NCBI RefSeq assembly: GCF_009914755.1
Contig: NC_060941.1
Strand: one strand, 5' to 3'
Source of the DNA: the human T2T-CHM13v2.0 reference genome, Homo sapiens
Length of the DNA: 64,000 nt
Both the position numbers and the translations under genes were made by a program. Shown here piece after piece: positions 1 through 15,148 of this stretch. The notes beneath the pieces are model-generated. The model was not told the origin of the DNA. It ran no database searches and saw only the letters and a program-made list of their open reading frames with translations. Positions within the stretch are counted from its first letter, which is position 1. Each line of letters opens with the position of its first letter.

Positions 1-230
1 TGCAGCATTGAATTTCTGGGCTCAAGTGATTCTCCTGCCTCATCCTCCTGAGTATCTGGAACTACAGGCATGTGCCACCATACCCACCTAATTTTTTAAT
101 TTTTTATTTTTATAGAGATAAGGTCTTGCTATGTTGCCCAGGCTGGTCTTGAAGTCCTGGCCTCAAGTGATTCTCCCATCTCAGCTTCATAAAGTGTTGG
201 GTTTACAGGTATGAGCCACTGCGCCCAGCT
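1..230 (-). mobile_element. Alu (AluJ-like), cut by window edge
   Basis: Antisense Alu motifs ggctcaagtgattctcctgcctc ... gagccactgcgcccagc. Confidence 0.9.
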
Positions 231-556
231 GGAAAAATATATTTTAAAAGAAGAACACCCCTAAGCAAGGTAATGAGGGCACATATAGACACACAGCAAA
301 GATTCTATTTCTCAAGGAGGAATGTTTTATTTGGAAAGTTTAAATCCTTAATGGGTATGAGATCTAGAGGCTTATCAGTGAGTCCTATAATAATCTGTTG
401 CAAAGGGCGAAGTACAAAAAACAGCTGAAGAGTGCGGCGGAAGCTTCTGCTGATGTTTCTCTGACAAATGCTGGGGCTAATATTAATTCCTTGTTTTTGG
501 GATGTGTGCTTCCATTACTGAAGAAATCCCCCCCTTTTTCTCTTTACACCCCGTAG

Positions 557-598
557 ATATGAGACCAGCTGGAGGGCCACAAGAAGGAATGGAATTGA
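557..598 (+). other. Candidate short exon or start of terminal exon (unverified)
   Basis: Long pyrimidine tract ccccccctttttctctttacaccccgtAG; possible donor GA|gtgagc at 599; AATAAA at 617-622. Confidence 0.2.
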
Positions 599-1153
599 GT
601 GAGCAAAGTACAGTTAAATAAATCTTAAAAACCCCCAGCTGCTGTGCTTCAGTCAACAGGGAACAAGAGGTGCCATTTTAGTCAATCTGTGTGCCCAACT
701 ACGTATAGAGAATGGAAAGTTAACACACAAACGTTTTGTTCTTTAGAAAAATGAAAATCATTCGGCTAAGTCCATACAGATATATCTAGTGGCCAGTTGT
801 GAGAAGTCAATCCTTGCAAAGTAATACAAGACATTTGGTGTGGACCTGAGAATATTAAATTTAAGGACAGTTTTCCACCAAATCAAGCATGTATGTTATT
901 TCTATTAGAGGTTCTTTTTCAGTCTTAATTAAATTAAAAGTTTAATCTGTAAACCGTTAGAAGTGAATGGCATACTTTGGGAAAATGAGGCCAAACTTTT
1001 AGCTTATGTGAAAATATTTTAAAGCATAAAACTGAAAATGCAACATCTTTTGCTCACTTAAGTATAATTGCAGATTAAATTTTCACTTTATGACCTAGTA
1101 CATAGCACTTGCAACGTAAACCATGTAATAATAATTAAAAACACACTTTTTGA

Positions 1154-1536
<383 letters not shown>

Positions 1537-1610
1537 TCGTACTTATAGAATATTTATACAAAACTCAATAGCGTTTAGATAATATCTTTGAGGATCTCAG
1601 GGTGTTTTAC

Positions 1611-1730
1611 CTGCAGAAATAAGACTGTAGTAACTTGAGGGAGAAGGGCAAATTTCTTTTTTAAGCTTAACTCTATTCCTGCAGAGAGTGTTTGTACTCA
1701 AAGCCATGAGAGGCAGCGCATAGCTGCAGA
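1611..1730 (-). other. Candidate 120-nt internal exon
   Basis: Minus-strand acceptor cataactcttgtctgtctgcactcttccAG, donor CAG|gtaaaa; one open frame (phase 1-1). Confidence 0.35.
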
Positions 1731-1780
1731 CTGGAAGAGTGCAGACAGACAAGAGTTATGGGTCTCCCAGGATACAGACT

Positions 1781-2123
<343 letters not shown>

Positions 2124-2780
2124 TAGGTCTAAAAAAGGAAACCTATATTAAATCACAAGTCATATCTTGAAGAGGGAAAACTAAAAGAAGATTCTATTGT
2201 ATCAGGTCATTTTAAACCCGAAACTAACTTTTATTATCATGGCCGAATTAGTGGGTTCTTACTGGTTTAGATATTAAAACGAATCATAAATATGGCTGTT
2301 TGGCTTATATGAGTTATAGATCTTATGTGCTGGCTTAAATTCCTAAGTTTTCAAGTGGATAATTCTAAAGACAACGCCAATTAATTAGTTTCCCAGAATT
2401 AGATTTAAGCTGGGAAATTAATGATAGTATGAATAAGAAAATATTATGCATTATATTTTTCATTTTAAAGTTTGAAATTATTTCTTAGAATTGGATCTGG
2501 GTCACGGCTGTAGAATTTTCCATTCGATATCCTTAAACATTGGCAACATTCCAAAAATTGTTACTGATTCCTTTTAAGCTTTATTACCCAGGATTTCATT
2601 TTGGTGGTTAGGAAAAAAGTTCCATGAATTGCATCCTTTCACAGTTAGAAATCCAAGAGTTCACACTTCTTGTCAGCAGGAAGTGGAGGTTGGGAAGAGT
2701 TCTATTTTTGGAGTTGAAAGGCCACCTTTGACCCAGAAAATGTGTGGTTGGATGAAAGACGTTTCTCTGTTCTGTCTTAC

Positions 2781-2874
2781 TTGATTTGCCCAAGGAATGG
2801 AGAAACATCTAAGAGTGCAACTTCAGCAGACTTGTTTCCTCCTAGGGCCGGAAGATGACCTATATTAATGACAT
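2781..2874 (-). other. Candidate 94-nt internal exon
   Basis: Minus-strand acceptor aatctaaaattctttAG, donor CAA|gtaaga; lies in non-repetitive sequence. Confidence 0.35.
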
Positions 2875-3018
2875 CTAAAGAATTTTAGATTTTCAAGTGT
2901 TTTTTCAGTCCCGTGTGGCCCATGTTACAGTCATTTCAATTTAGAGTATTCAAAACCTTCCAAATTGAAATATTCATAGTGTCCCAAGATATGAGGGCCA
3001 CGATTTATTCTTCTATAT

Positions 3019-3238
3019 CAGGGGCTGGGAAACTAAGACCCAGGGCCAAATCTGGTTGCCTGTTTTTGTAAATAAAGTTTTACTGGAACACAGCCATGTC
3101 CATTCATTTCCATATTGTCCGTGGCTGCTTTTGTGACACAATGGAAGAGCCGAGTACTTGTTACAGGGACCATATGGTCTGCAAAGCCTAAGATATTTAT
3201 TATCTGGCTCTTTACAGAAAAAAGTTTGCTGACTCCAG
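3019..3238. mobile_element. MER58A (hAT-Charlie non-autonomous DNA transposon)
   Basis: Termini caggggctgggaaact ... agtttgctgactccag; internal aataaagttttactggaacacagccatg typical of MER58. Confidence 0.85.
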
Positions 3239-3760
3239 GTTTAGATGATAAGGAATTGAAGAGAAGGTCTACAGATAGAGTGATGTCAAAGAGCAGGGGC
3301 TACACATGCCAGTATCATAAATGTTTAGTTTTTAGGGTCTAATTGCTTTTTATAATTAGCCTAAGACTTGACAAACAACATTTAAATACTCCAATTATGA
3401 AATGACCAGTTTGAACTGAGGGTTGTCCATTAGCATAGCGGTCCATAGAGAGAGAAATGAATCCATAAGAAGGAAATGTCATCCTAGTACGCTACCTGGC
3501 TCTGAAGGAAACAATGCTTACAAAATCATAGTAATATAAATGTCAGTTATTGGGTTTTGGCTTTAGAATCAATCACCAAAGTGGAAAACAATATAAATAT
3601 TAATATTAACAATGTAAAAGTAAAGCTATAGTTGTCAAAAGTTCAGAGAGGGACATGGAGCAGTAAGGAGAAAATCTGGGCCACTTATATCTTCATTTGA
3701 CATGGTGAGTCAAGGGGGTCTGAAGTTGATGGAGCATGAAAAAAATTTCTTGTATATTTT

Positions 3761-3938
3761 TGTATTTCACTGTTTCTAAGGCCCCATTTTTTTCAACCTG
3801 TAATGTCTTTGAACTGGGAAGCTCCTTACTCTTCATGATACTGTAGAAGTATAATTGGCAGTGCTGTTTTTCCTTAGTGGAATAGAAAATAATGGTGCAT
3901 CTTATAGTAGATGGCATCTTAGATTTGATGATTACAGT
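3761..3938. mobile_element. MER104-like (TcMar-Tc2) MITE
   Basis: tgtatttcactgtttctaag ... ataatggtgcatcttatagtagatggcatcttagatttgatgattacag, degenerate terminal inverted repeats (TIRs). Confidence 0.7.
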
Positions 3939-4038
3939 ATTTTGAGTTGCAATAGTAACTGACAGTAAGCTAAAGATAATGGAAAAACGAGTAAAAATTG
4001 GGAGGGAGTAGTCAAAGGCATCTAAGTAAAATAAATCA

Positions 4039-4355
4039 TCTTTTTTTTTTTTTTAGAGACAGTGTCTAGCTCTGTTGCTCAGGCTGGAGTGCAGTGGCGT
4101 GCATGATCATAGCTCACTGTAACCTTGAGCTCCTGGGCTCAAGTGATCCTCCTGCCTTAGCTTCCTGAGTAGCTGGGACTACAGGTATGCAACACTGCAC
4201 CTGGATAATTATTATTATTATTATTTTTTTTTTTTGTAGAGATGGGGTCTTGCTGTGTTGTCCAGGCTGGTCTTGAACTCCTGGACTCAAGTGATCCTTG
4301 AGGCTTGGTGTCCAAAAGCATTGGGATTATAGGCATGAGCCACCATGCCTGCCCT
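4039..4355 (-). mobile_element. AluJ
   Basis: Antisense Alu with J-type gatcatagctcactg and ctcctgggctcaag. Confidence 0.9.
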
Positions 4356-4395
4356 AAACTACCATCTTTTATAGTCAAAGGTCAATAGATGATGT

Positions 4396-4881
4396 CCACA
4401 TGTATGTTCACTGCAGTACTATTCACAATAGCAAAGACATGGAATCAACCCAAATGACCATCAATGATAGACCGGATAAAGAAAATGTGATATATATACA
4501 CCATGGAATACTATGCAGCCGTAAAAACGAATGAGATCATGTCCTTTGCAGGAACATGGGTGGAGCTGGAAGCCATAATCCTCAGCAAACTAACACAGGA
4601 ACAGAAAACCAAACACCGCATGTTCTTGCTCATAAGTGAGAGCTGCTGAACAATGAGAACACATGGACACAGGGAGGGGAACATCACACACAAGAGGCCG
4701 GTTGTGGGTGGGGGTTGGGGGAGAGAGAGAGAGTCAGGATAAATAGCTAATGCATGCTGGGCTTAATACCTAGGTGATAGGTTGACTGGTGCAGCAAACC
4801 ACCATGGCACATGTTTACCTACGTAACAAACCTGCACATCCTGCACATGTATCCTGGAACTTAAAATAAATAAATAAATAA
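4396..4881 (+). mobile_element. L1PA (older primate subfamily) 3' end, 5'-truncated, with TSD
   Basis: ORF2 end and 3'UTR (gcagcaaaccaccatggcacatg...ggaacttaaaataaa); TSD aatagatgatgt at 4384-4395 and 4882-4893. Confidence 0.92.
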
Positions 4882-4914
4882 AATAGATGATGTTCAAATA
4901 TGACTTTTTTTAAA

Positions 4915-5027
4915 GGCCTGGCTCTGTGGCTCATGCCTGTAATGCCAGCACTTTGGGAGGCCGAGGCAGGAGGATCGTTTGAGCCCAGGTGTTCAAGACC
5001 AGCCTAGGTGACGTAGGAAGACCCTGT

Positions 5028-5031
<4 letters not shown>
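4915..5031 (+). mobile_element. FLAM / free left Alu monomer
   Basis: Single Alu left arm ending accctgtctct, followed by (CA)n. Confidence 0.85.

Positions 5032-5074
<43 letters not shown>
5032..5074. repeat. (CA)n microsatellite, about 21 units
   Basis: Perfect dinucleotide run. Confidence 0.98.
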
Positions 5075-5077
<3 letters not shown>

Positions 5078-5134
5078 CAGCATGTTATCTTTTCATTTAA
5101 AACCCTTTCACTTTGATTTTTTTAAAAACCATAT

Positions 5135-5578
5135 TGTATTAGTTTCTTATGGCTGCTGTAAAAAATTACCATAAACTTAGCGGCTTAAAACAACAGGAAA
5201 TTACTTTTTTACAGTTCTGGAGTCCAAAAGTCTGAAATCAAAGTGTGAGCAGGGCCATGTTCCCTCCAGAGCCTCTAGGGTTCTCTGTCTCTTCCAGCTT
5301 CGGGTGGCTGCCAGCACTCCTTGACTTGTGGCTTCATCATTGTAGTCTCTGCCTCTGTCTTCCCACTGCCTTCTCTGTGAGTGTTAAATCTCCCTCTACC
5401 TTTCTTTTATAAGGATTTATTAGTGCCACGTAGGGCTCACCTGAATAATCCAGGATAATCTAATTTCGAGATTCTTAATTAAATCTGCAAAGAGCCTTTT
5501 TCCAAATAAGATAATATTCACAGGTTCTAGGGATTAGAACATGAACATCTCTTTGGGAATCATCATTAGCCTGCCACA
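5135..5578 (-). mobile_element. MLT1C-like MaLR solo LTR
   Basis: tgtattagtttc...ggctgctgta...aaacttag.ggcttaaaacaaca...aatctgcaaag...ttcacaggttctagggattag...gcctgccaca. Confidence 0.85.
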
Positions 5579-5812
5579 CATGTATAAGCATTAGTTTGAT
5601 TTTTAAAAATGAGAAGTTTTAGGTCATTCTACAACTTTAAGTCCTTCAGTCACTTTCCATAACTCACAGAATCAAGTTCAAATAATGTATTGGTTAAAAA
5701 TACGGTCTCTAAACCAAAAGCACAAGCAACAAAAGAAAATATAGATAAACTGAATTTCATCAAGATCAAAAACTTTTGTGCTTCAAAGGATACTGCCAAA
5801 AAAAAGAAAAGA

Positions 5813-6100
5813 GGCCGGACACAGTGGCTCATGCCTGTAATCCCAGCACTTTGGGAGTCTGAGGCAGGCGGATCATCTGAGGTCAGTAGTTCAAAACCAA
5901 TCTGCCAACATGATGAAACCCCGTCTCCACTAAAAGTACAAATTAGCCAAGTGTAGTAATCCCAACTACTCGGGAGGCTGAGGCAGGAGAATTGCTTGAA
6001 CTCAGGAGGGAGAGGTTGCAGCGAGCTGAGATCGCGTCACTGTACTCTAGTCTAGGTGACAGAGAGAGACTCTATCTCAAAAAAAAAAAAAAAAAAAAAG
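5813..6100 (+). mobile_element. AluS inside L1MB
   Basis: Sense Alu with poly(A) tail. Confidence 0.92.
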
Positions 6101-6193
6101 TAAAGTGAAAAGAAAACCCACAGAATAGAAAAAAACTTTGCAAATCATATATCTGATAAGGAACTTGTATCTAGACTACATAAAGAACTCTTA

Positions 6194-6761
<568 letters not shown>

Positions 6762-7399
6762 TCACCTGCTTTGGGAAATGGTTTGGCAGTTCCTCAAAAA
6801 GTTAAAGATATGGTTTACTATATGACTCAAATATTTAACTCAAGAAAAATGAAATCATGTCCATACAAAAACTTATATCCACAAGTTCAAAGCAGCATTA
6901 TTCATAATAGCCAAAAAGTGGAAACAACTGAAATGTTTATCCACTGACAAACAGGTGAATACAATGTGGTCTATCTATACAGTGGAATATTATTTGGCAA
7001 TAAAAGGGAATGAAGTCCTGATACATGCTACAACATGGATGAACCTTGAAAATGTTACGCCAAGAGGAAGAAGCTGGTCACAAAGGACCACATATTATAT
7101 AATCCTGTTGATATGAAATGTCCAGTGTAGGCAAAGCTACAGGGGCAGAAAGTAGATTAGTGATTGCCTAGAGTTGGGTGGGGACTTTCAGAGAATGGGG
7201 GTGACTGCCAAAGGGTTTTCATTTATGATAATTATTTCTAAATTGATTATGGTCATAGTTGCACAACTCTGAATATACTAGAAACCTTTGAATTGCATAC
7301 TTCAAGTGAGTGAATTGTATGGTATGTGAATTTATATCACAATAAAGCTCTTTAGATAGTTAGCTAGAAAGTATCTAGAATCAGAGAGTGGTCCAGTCC

Positions 7400-7505
7400 C
7401 AGCTCCAAGAGAATGTGCAGGTGGATTAAAGCAAAAATTCATGTAAAACTTTTGCACAGGACCTGGCACGCAGTAGGTACTCGATGTGTGCATTCTTATT
7501 ATTCA
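7400..7505 (+). mobile_element. MIR fragment
   Basis: atgtaaaacttttgcacaggacctggcacgcagtaggtactc. Confidence 0.55.
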
Positions 7506-8209
7506 CCTGGCATTTGAAGCTTCCTAGGACTAGGCCCCTGCCTATCTCTAACCCCCTTTTCATCCCTGTAACTCTCCTCCAGGGTGCTTCCCCGCCCCAC
7601 CCCCTTAGGCAGGTATACTTAACTCTTTGCCTTCCCTGAAACAGCTTCAGCACATCCTGCTTTTACTGTAATACTCTCTTTTCCTCCCCTAACTTCACCC
7701 GGCTAATTCCTCTCTTCTTCCTCCTCCGTGTTTCCTCAGCTGTAGCTCTTTCCAGGAAGCTCCCCCAAGGGCTCTGAGACTGTCCTTCCCTCTCCACCAG
7801 GTTTGCAGCTCCTTCTAGGAACCCCTGGCTCCCAGAACACACATCTATGACAGCACTTACCCTTCTCAGAGGTATTTGTCTGTGTGCCTCATGTCTTATT
7901 CACCTTTTACATTCAGTGACTTGCACAGTGAAAAAGAGTAAGAAATCGAAGTGCCAAATAACCACCGGGCCGACAGAGGATTATCATGGCACCAGCAGTT
8001 ATAACAAAAAAAGAAAAGAAAGCATTTTCCACTTCTCTATCCAGACTGAAGAACCTCTCTGTTTTCTGGGGCTGAGGAGCCTGGCACACTGCTATTGTGC
8101 CTTATCTTAAATGCATATGTGTGCAGACCTGCCCTGCTTCTGCCTCCGTGGTGCGACAGGGAGGGGTGGCCCACTGGCTGTCTTGTGACACTGGTGAAGT
8201 CCTATTTCA

Positions 8210-8361
8210 GCTGTGGTTTTGTCAGTTTATTAACACTTTATTGATCCTCATGTCCAAACATGTGTATTAATGAGAAGGGACGTCCAAAGAGCAAAAGCAG
8301 TATGCTGTTCACACCCGGCAGCATGTGAAAACTGCATTTGCAAACCCTGTAGGAGGTAACG
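8210..8361 (-). other. Candidate terminal exon of a minus-strand transcript
   Basis: Branch-point-like CCCTAAC, long T tract, AG at 8363-8362 (alternative AG at 8348-8347); two AATAAA at 8242-8237 and 8231-8226; downstream GU-rich element weak. Confidence 0.4.
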
Positions 8362-8402
8362 CTAAAAAAAAAAAAAAAAGCCAACAGTTAGGGGACAAGA
8401 AG

Positions 8403-8506
8403 GAATGACTAGTTGCTAAATATTTCCCGTATCAATGGTATTTCAGGAATATCTAAATATTTCCTGATCAATATATGAATGACTAGTTTCTAAATATTTC
8501 CTGTAT
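8403..8506. repeat. Local mosaic repeat (two 30-bp direct copies plus partial direct and inverted copies)
   Basis: gaatgactagttgctaaatatttcccgtat vs gaatgactagtttctaaatatttcctgtat (28/30). Confidence 0.85.
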
Positions 8507-8694
8507 AAGCACAGTCCAGTGAGGCCTGTGGGAAGCTGCCCTCCAACCCTTAGAAGTAGTGAGTTCCCTAACCCCAGAGGTATCCAAGCAAGGGTGGGAC
8601 ACTTTGGGGAGCATAGCCTACAGAGGAAGCTGGATTTCATGATCATTAGCTCCACTCCGACCCTGGGATTCGATGATTATAAATTACGTATCTG

Positions 8695-9029
<335 letters not shown>

Positions 9030-9045
9030 TTAAAATGTGAGGGCC

Positions 9046-9410
<365 letters not shown>

Positions 9411-9517
9411 CTACTCCAGGGTGCCCTTCATGTCAAAGTCTAGGCGAGTGGCACCTGTGGAGTGTGCCTAGCACAGATCTTGTAGCCCTAAGAGGTGGCA
9501 TGCTAAGTCCTGACTAG

Positions 9518-10165
<648 letters not shown>

Positions 10166-10919
10166 TAAGTTTTATATGACACTAGCTTTTCTTTTAAAAA
10201 TTCTACTGTCCAAATTGTACACATGATTAATGAAATAGTGGTATATTTTAAAGGAATCTCCAAAAATGAGTAGGATTGGGGTGGTAAAAGTTCTGTTGCT
10301 GACCACGTCTTATGAAGGTACTCTTAGAGAATACTAGCAATCTTCTCTCTTCCCCATTGTTAGAAAGACAAGGATAGAACAACACCTCTCAGGGATCCTG
10401 GGAAAATATGCTAGATGTTTTGGAAAGTAGGTATACTTGCATATAGAAAAATAAGAGGCAACTATGTGTTCTTTGCAAGTATCACATCAGTCAGGCAGTT
10501 GCTTTCCTTATTTTTATTAAAAGAGAAAATGATCAACACTTGTTCATGCATACACATATACACACACACTCATACTCACAACCTTTACTATGTATGCTTT
10601 TCTAAGCATAATATATATATGGCCAAATTAGTCAAATTCCCCATTTTATTAGTTGATCTGGTAAAATATTTGATAAAATGCATATTTTTAGTTCTCTGTG
10701 ACTTCTCTTTCTCCAAGTTTTCTCTGTTTCCTATATCTGGGCACAGACCTTGTCCACCTGCCTTGCGTATTGATATGGAGTCTCTGCTTAGTGTAGGGGA
10801 GCAAGGGGAGGAGGCATCTCTTCCCCTTACAAGGTCTTTGTTCCATCTTGCCCCTCTCTGGCCTCTCCCGCTGAATGCCTGTGGCCCCGAGTCTGCATCT
10901 CTCTTTGGGCAGAGTGCGC

Positions 10920-11150
10920 AAGACACAAACCAAGGAGTCAGACTCGAGTTGGAGTCCTAACTCTGCACTTCCCAGCTGTGGGCACCTCTGGCTTACACAG
11001 CCTCTCCAGGGCTCAGTTTCCTCATATAAAAAATGGGAGCAATGCTCATCTCATGGGGTTATACAGGGTAAGTGAGAAAACGTATGTAAAGCATGTGGCT
11101 CAGTGGCAGCACCCAGGAAACATCAGTAAACAGTGGCATATTATTCTCCT
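10920..11150 (+). mobile_element. MIR
   Basis: ctcagtttcctcatataaaaaatgggagcaat ... tatgtaaagcatgtggctcagtg core. Confidence 0.75.
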
Positions 11151-11799
11151 GTTTTAGGCTTCCTTCTGAATGTAGTCAGTCCCCATTATTAGATCGTAAA
11201 CCCTTTGAGGGATCAAATATTTATTGAACTAATGGGGAAAGGAACGTGAGAGGAGTGGAATACCATTCCACCTCTTATTAGGAAGACACTCACAGAGAAT
11301 CATGACCGCTGTCTTACTTCTGTCCCTAACTGGTCCCTAGTTAATTGATCAGCCTAAGGCTACATTGTTCTACCAGCCATATGGTAGACTTTAATTAGTG
11401 AAGATAGTAAAGCATGAAAGGTCAATTATTATACATTCTTATTGTGATACATAACCTCTCAGCTTAAATTTTATATGCAATTCGCCACATGAATGACATC
11501 TCCAATTTCTGAAGTATCCAGGTGATTTTTTTTTTTTTTGGGGTTCCACATAAGTGTCAATCTCTACAATACTGAAGAACAGAAAGTAGGATGAAATGCT
11601 TTCTCCCTTTCCTCTGTACACAATAAGAATTTAAGGTCTGTTTCTTTTTCTCGGTGTCTTTTCTAAAGGACTTGGGGTACTTGGGAGTATGCATCTGAAG
11701 CCCTGAGCTAAACTCCTGTGATATGAATTTTATTGGGTTTGAACCAGGGAAAGCTTCTAGTGGAGACTCATATGATTCTTTCACACTCTTGGAATAACA

Positions 11800-12100
11800 G
11801 CCACTGAGGCCTTGCCAGACCACGTGGCTGCAGATTCACAGTCTGGGTCGCCTTCCCTTCACACACCCGCCCTGGAGCACCCAGGCTGCCTTTGTAACGG
11901 CCCTGAGCTGTTAATGGTTCTGATGCTGCACCCGGTAGAAATGGCTCCCTCACTATGGACTTAGCCACTTTGAGGGCTGAACAGTAGCTCATCCACTCTC
12001 TGGTTTTCCTTTGGAATTCAGTAATGAACTCATTAAATCACCAACTTGTTGTGACAGGAAGTCATTCAGATGCTGATGCTATTGCCATGGAAACCATCCC
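11800..12100. promoter_or_regulatory. Candidate enhancer (E-box, ETS, RFX motifs)
   Basis: CCACGTGG 11820-11827, ACAGGAAGT 12054-12062, ATTGCCATGGAAAC 12081-12094, in about 1.5 kb without recognisable repeats. Confidence 0.3.
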
Positions 12101-12664
12101 TCTGCGAGGAGCTCTGTCTGTCTTTGTCGAGGAGCACTCCAGCTCCATAATTACTGTCACCCCCAAATAACACAGAGCCATCACGACTGTGAGCAAGTCC
12201 AGAAGCAGGGGCACACAGAAAACCTATTTTGCTTTCAGATGATGAATCCTTGTTGGTTTTAGTATTTTTAGCACACATTTCTCTTCTGTGCCGGTTGTCT
12301 TTTTAATTCCTATGTGCTGGCTGCTTTCCAGCACCTTTCCTAGAGAAGCAGAAAAAGGATTTGTGGGGGGCATGGCTGCCAAGGATATTCATTTAAAAAG
12401 AACCTACTGTTTCCCCAAACCCCTGTGCTCCCAAATATGAAAATATGAGTTCTCCTGCCTTTTAGTTGAGACTCCAAGAAAGGAATCTCAAATTCAATTA
12501 GTTTACAGCCTATAAAATGCAAAGGTAGTACTGCAAATCAGTAATGCCCAGATGCAAATTCAGAGGTGCACCTCAAAGTGATGTTTGCTTTATTTTGTCT
12601 GGGTTATCTAGGCTATCACTGAGCTCCATTATTGAAGGCTGGCCAAGTCACAAAAATAAGAACC

Positions 12665-12960
12665 TTTTTTTTTTTTTTTTTAGAGACAGGGTCTTGCTTT
12701 GTCACCAGGCTGGAGTGTACAGTGGCACAATCACAGCCCACTACAGCCTCAAATTCCTGAGCTCCAGTGATCCTCCTTCCTCAGCCTTCTGAGTAGCTGG
12801 AACTACATCACCGTGCCCAGCTAATTAAACATTTTTTTTTTTTGTAAAGACAGCATCTTACTATGTTTCCCAGGCTAGTCTCAAATTCCTGGCTTCAAGC
12901 AAATCCTCCCACCTCTACCTCCCAAAGTGTTGGCATTACAGGTGTGGGCCATTGTGCCGG
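12665..12960 (-). mobile_element. AluJ
   Basis: Antisense diverged Alu. Confidence 0.9.
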
Positions 12961-13049
12961 CACGAGAACTCATCTAACTCAAAGCAGCAATCAAGTCTTT
13001 TTTCATATATGTTACAGCACATGGTATATTGTGAATATTCAAAGATAAC

Positions 13050-13200
13050 CAGCACCTAATGAGTACCTGCCAGACACAGCGGCAGGCAATTTACATTATG
13101 TTTCATGATTTAAATTAATCTGCATAAAAATCCCATGGGACAGGTATTTTTATCCCAGTTTTACAGCTAAGGAATGTGAGGCTCTAAGTTAGGTAAATTA
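13050..13200 (-). mobile_element. MIR fragment
   Basis: aggtatttttatcccagttttacagctaaggaatgtgaggct. Confidence 0.65.
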
Positions 13201-13417
13201 AATAAATGCCACGCTTTTCCATATGCATAGTCATTAACATGTCACACTTCATGTGTCCATAGGCATAAAGGTGACTTCTGCTGCCGCAGAATCACAGAAG
13301 CTCAGATTAGGAAAGGTTGTTCATAATTGTCTTGTCCAACCAACCAACCGCTTCTGCAGCATCCCAAGTGATTGTCTGATCTCAGCCTGAGTATTTCCAG
13401 TGATAGAGAATTCACTA

Positions 13418-13759
<342 letters not shown>

Positions 13760-13893
13760 TTAATTTCCTTAGTTTGTTCTTAACATGACGAGAGAGCACT
13801 CATCATTGCAGTTGCTATAGAACCCTAAGCCCTTTCTTTCTGGGTTTGTCACCTGCTGAAGAAATTTGGCTCTGGCCAAAAGTTTGTCCTCTA

Positions 13894-14199
13894 GGCAGGG
13901 CATGGTGGCATGCCTGTCATTCCAGCACTTTGGGTGGCTGAGGTGGGCAGATTGCTTGAGCCCAGGAGTTGGAGACCAGCCTGGGCAACAAGGCTGGTCT
14001 TTTATATTTTTTGTCTCTACAAAAAATACAAAAAATTAACTGGGCATGGTGGTGCACGTATATAGTCCCAGCTACTGGGAGGCTGAGGTGGGAGAATGGC
14101 TTGATCCGAGGAGAAGGAGGTTGCAATGAGCCAAGATCGCGCCGCTGCACTCCAGCCTGGGTGACAGAGCGAGACCTGTCTCAAGAAAAAAAAAAAAAA
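13894..14199 (+). mobile_element. AluJ with internal inverted-copy replacement
   Basis: Sense Alu, TSD aaaagtttgtcctctagg; non-consensus segment 13991-14012. Confidence 0.92.
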
Positions 14200-14424
14200 G
14201 TTTGTCCTCTAGGATTATCTAGGTATAGAAGGCAGAGGAGGGAAAATGAGAAGGGGCCTAATAAGAAGGAGTTAGAGCTAGGTTAAGAGCTGTCTGAGCT
14301 CCTCAAGAAGACCTCAGCAGGTCACTGGCTCTATGAGCATTTGGCAACGTGGGGAAAAATCCTGTTTTCCAGTGCCAGTGGGAAGTCACTGTGTTGCATG
14401 GGACACCGATGAGGGGAGATCTGA

Positions 14425-14767
<343 letters not shown>

Positions 14768-14848
14768 GACTTTTAATTATTTTTATATATATCTGTATAC
14801 ACATACATTTACACTGAAAAAATATATGTTACACAAAATGCATAATCC

Positions 14849-15148
14849 TTTTTGTTTGTTTGTTTGAGACAGGGTCTTGTTCTGTTGTCCAGGCTGGAGT
14901 GCAGTGGTGCCATCTCAGTTCACTGCAATCTCTGTCTCTTGGGCTCAAGTGAGCCTCCCACCTCAGCCTCCAGAGCAGCTAGGACTACAGGCACACAGCA
15001 CCACACCCAGCTAATTTTGTTCATTATTTTTGTAGAGACAAGGTCTCACTATTTTGCCCAGACTTGTCTTAAACTCCTGGGCTCAAGTGATCCACCCAGC
15101 TCAGTCTCCCAAAGTGCTGGATTACAGGTGTGAGCCACTGCACCCTCC
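14849..15148 (-). mobile_element. AluJ
   Basis: Antisense diverged Alu. Confidence 0.9.

Noticed and set aside
2777-2874. Possible last coding exon (DVINIGHLPALGGNKSAEVALLDVSPFLGQIK*)
   Set aside because: Peptide not recognised, no upstream coding exons found, and the stop overlaps a good splice donor; kept only as a candidate exon
10415-10960. 181-aa ORF
   Set aside because: Runs through a (CA)-rich tract and into a MIR; no recognisable domain
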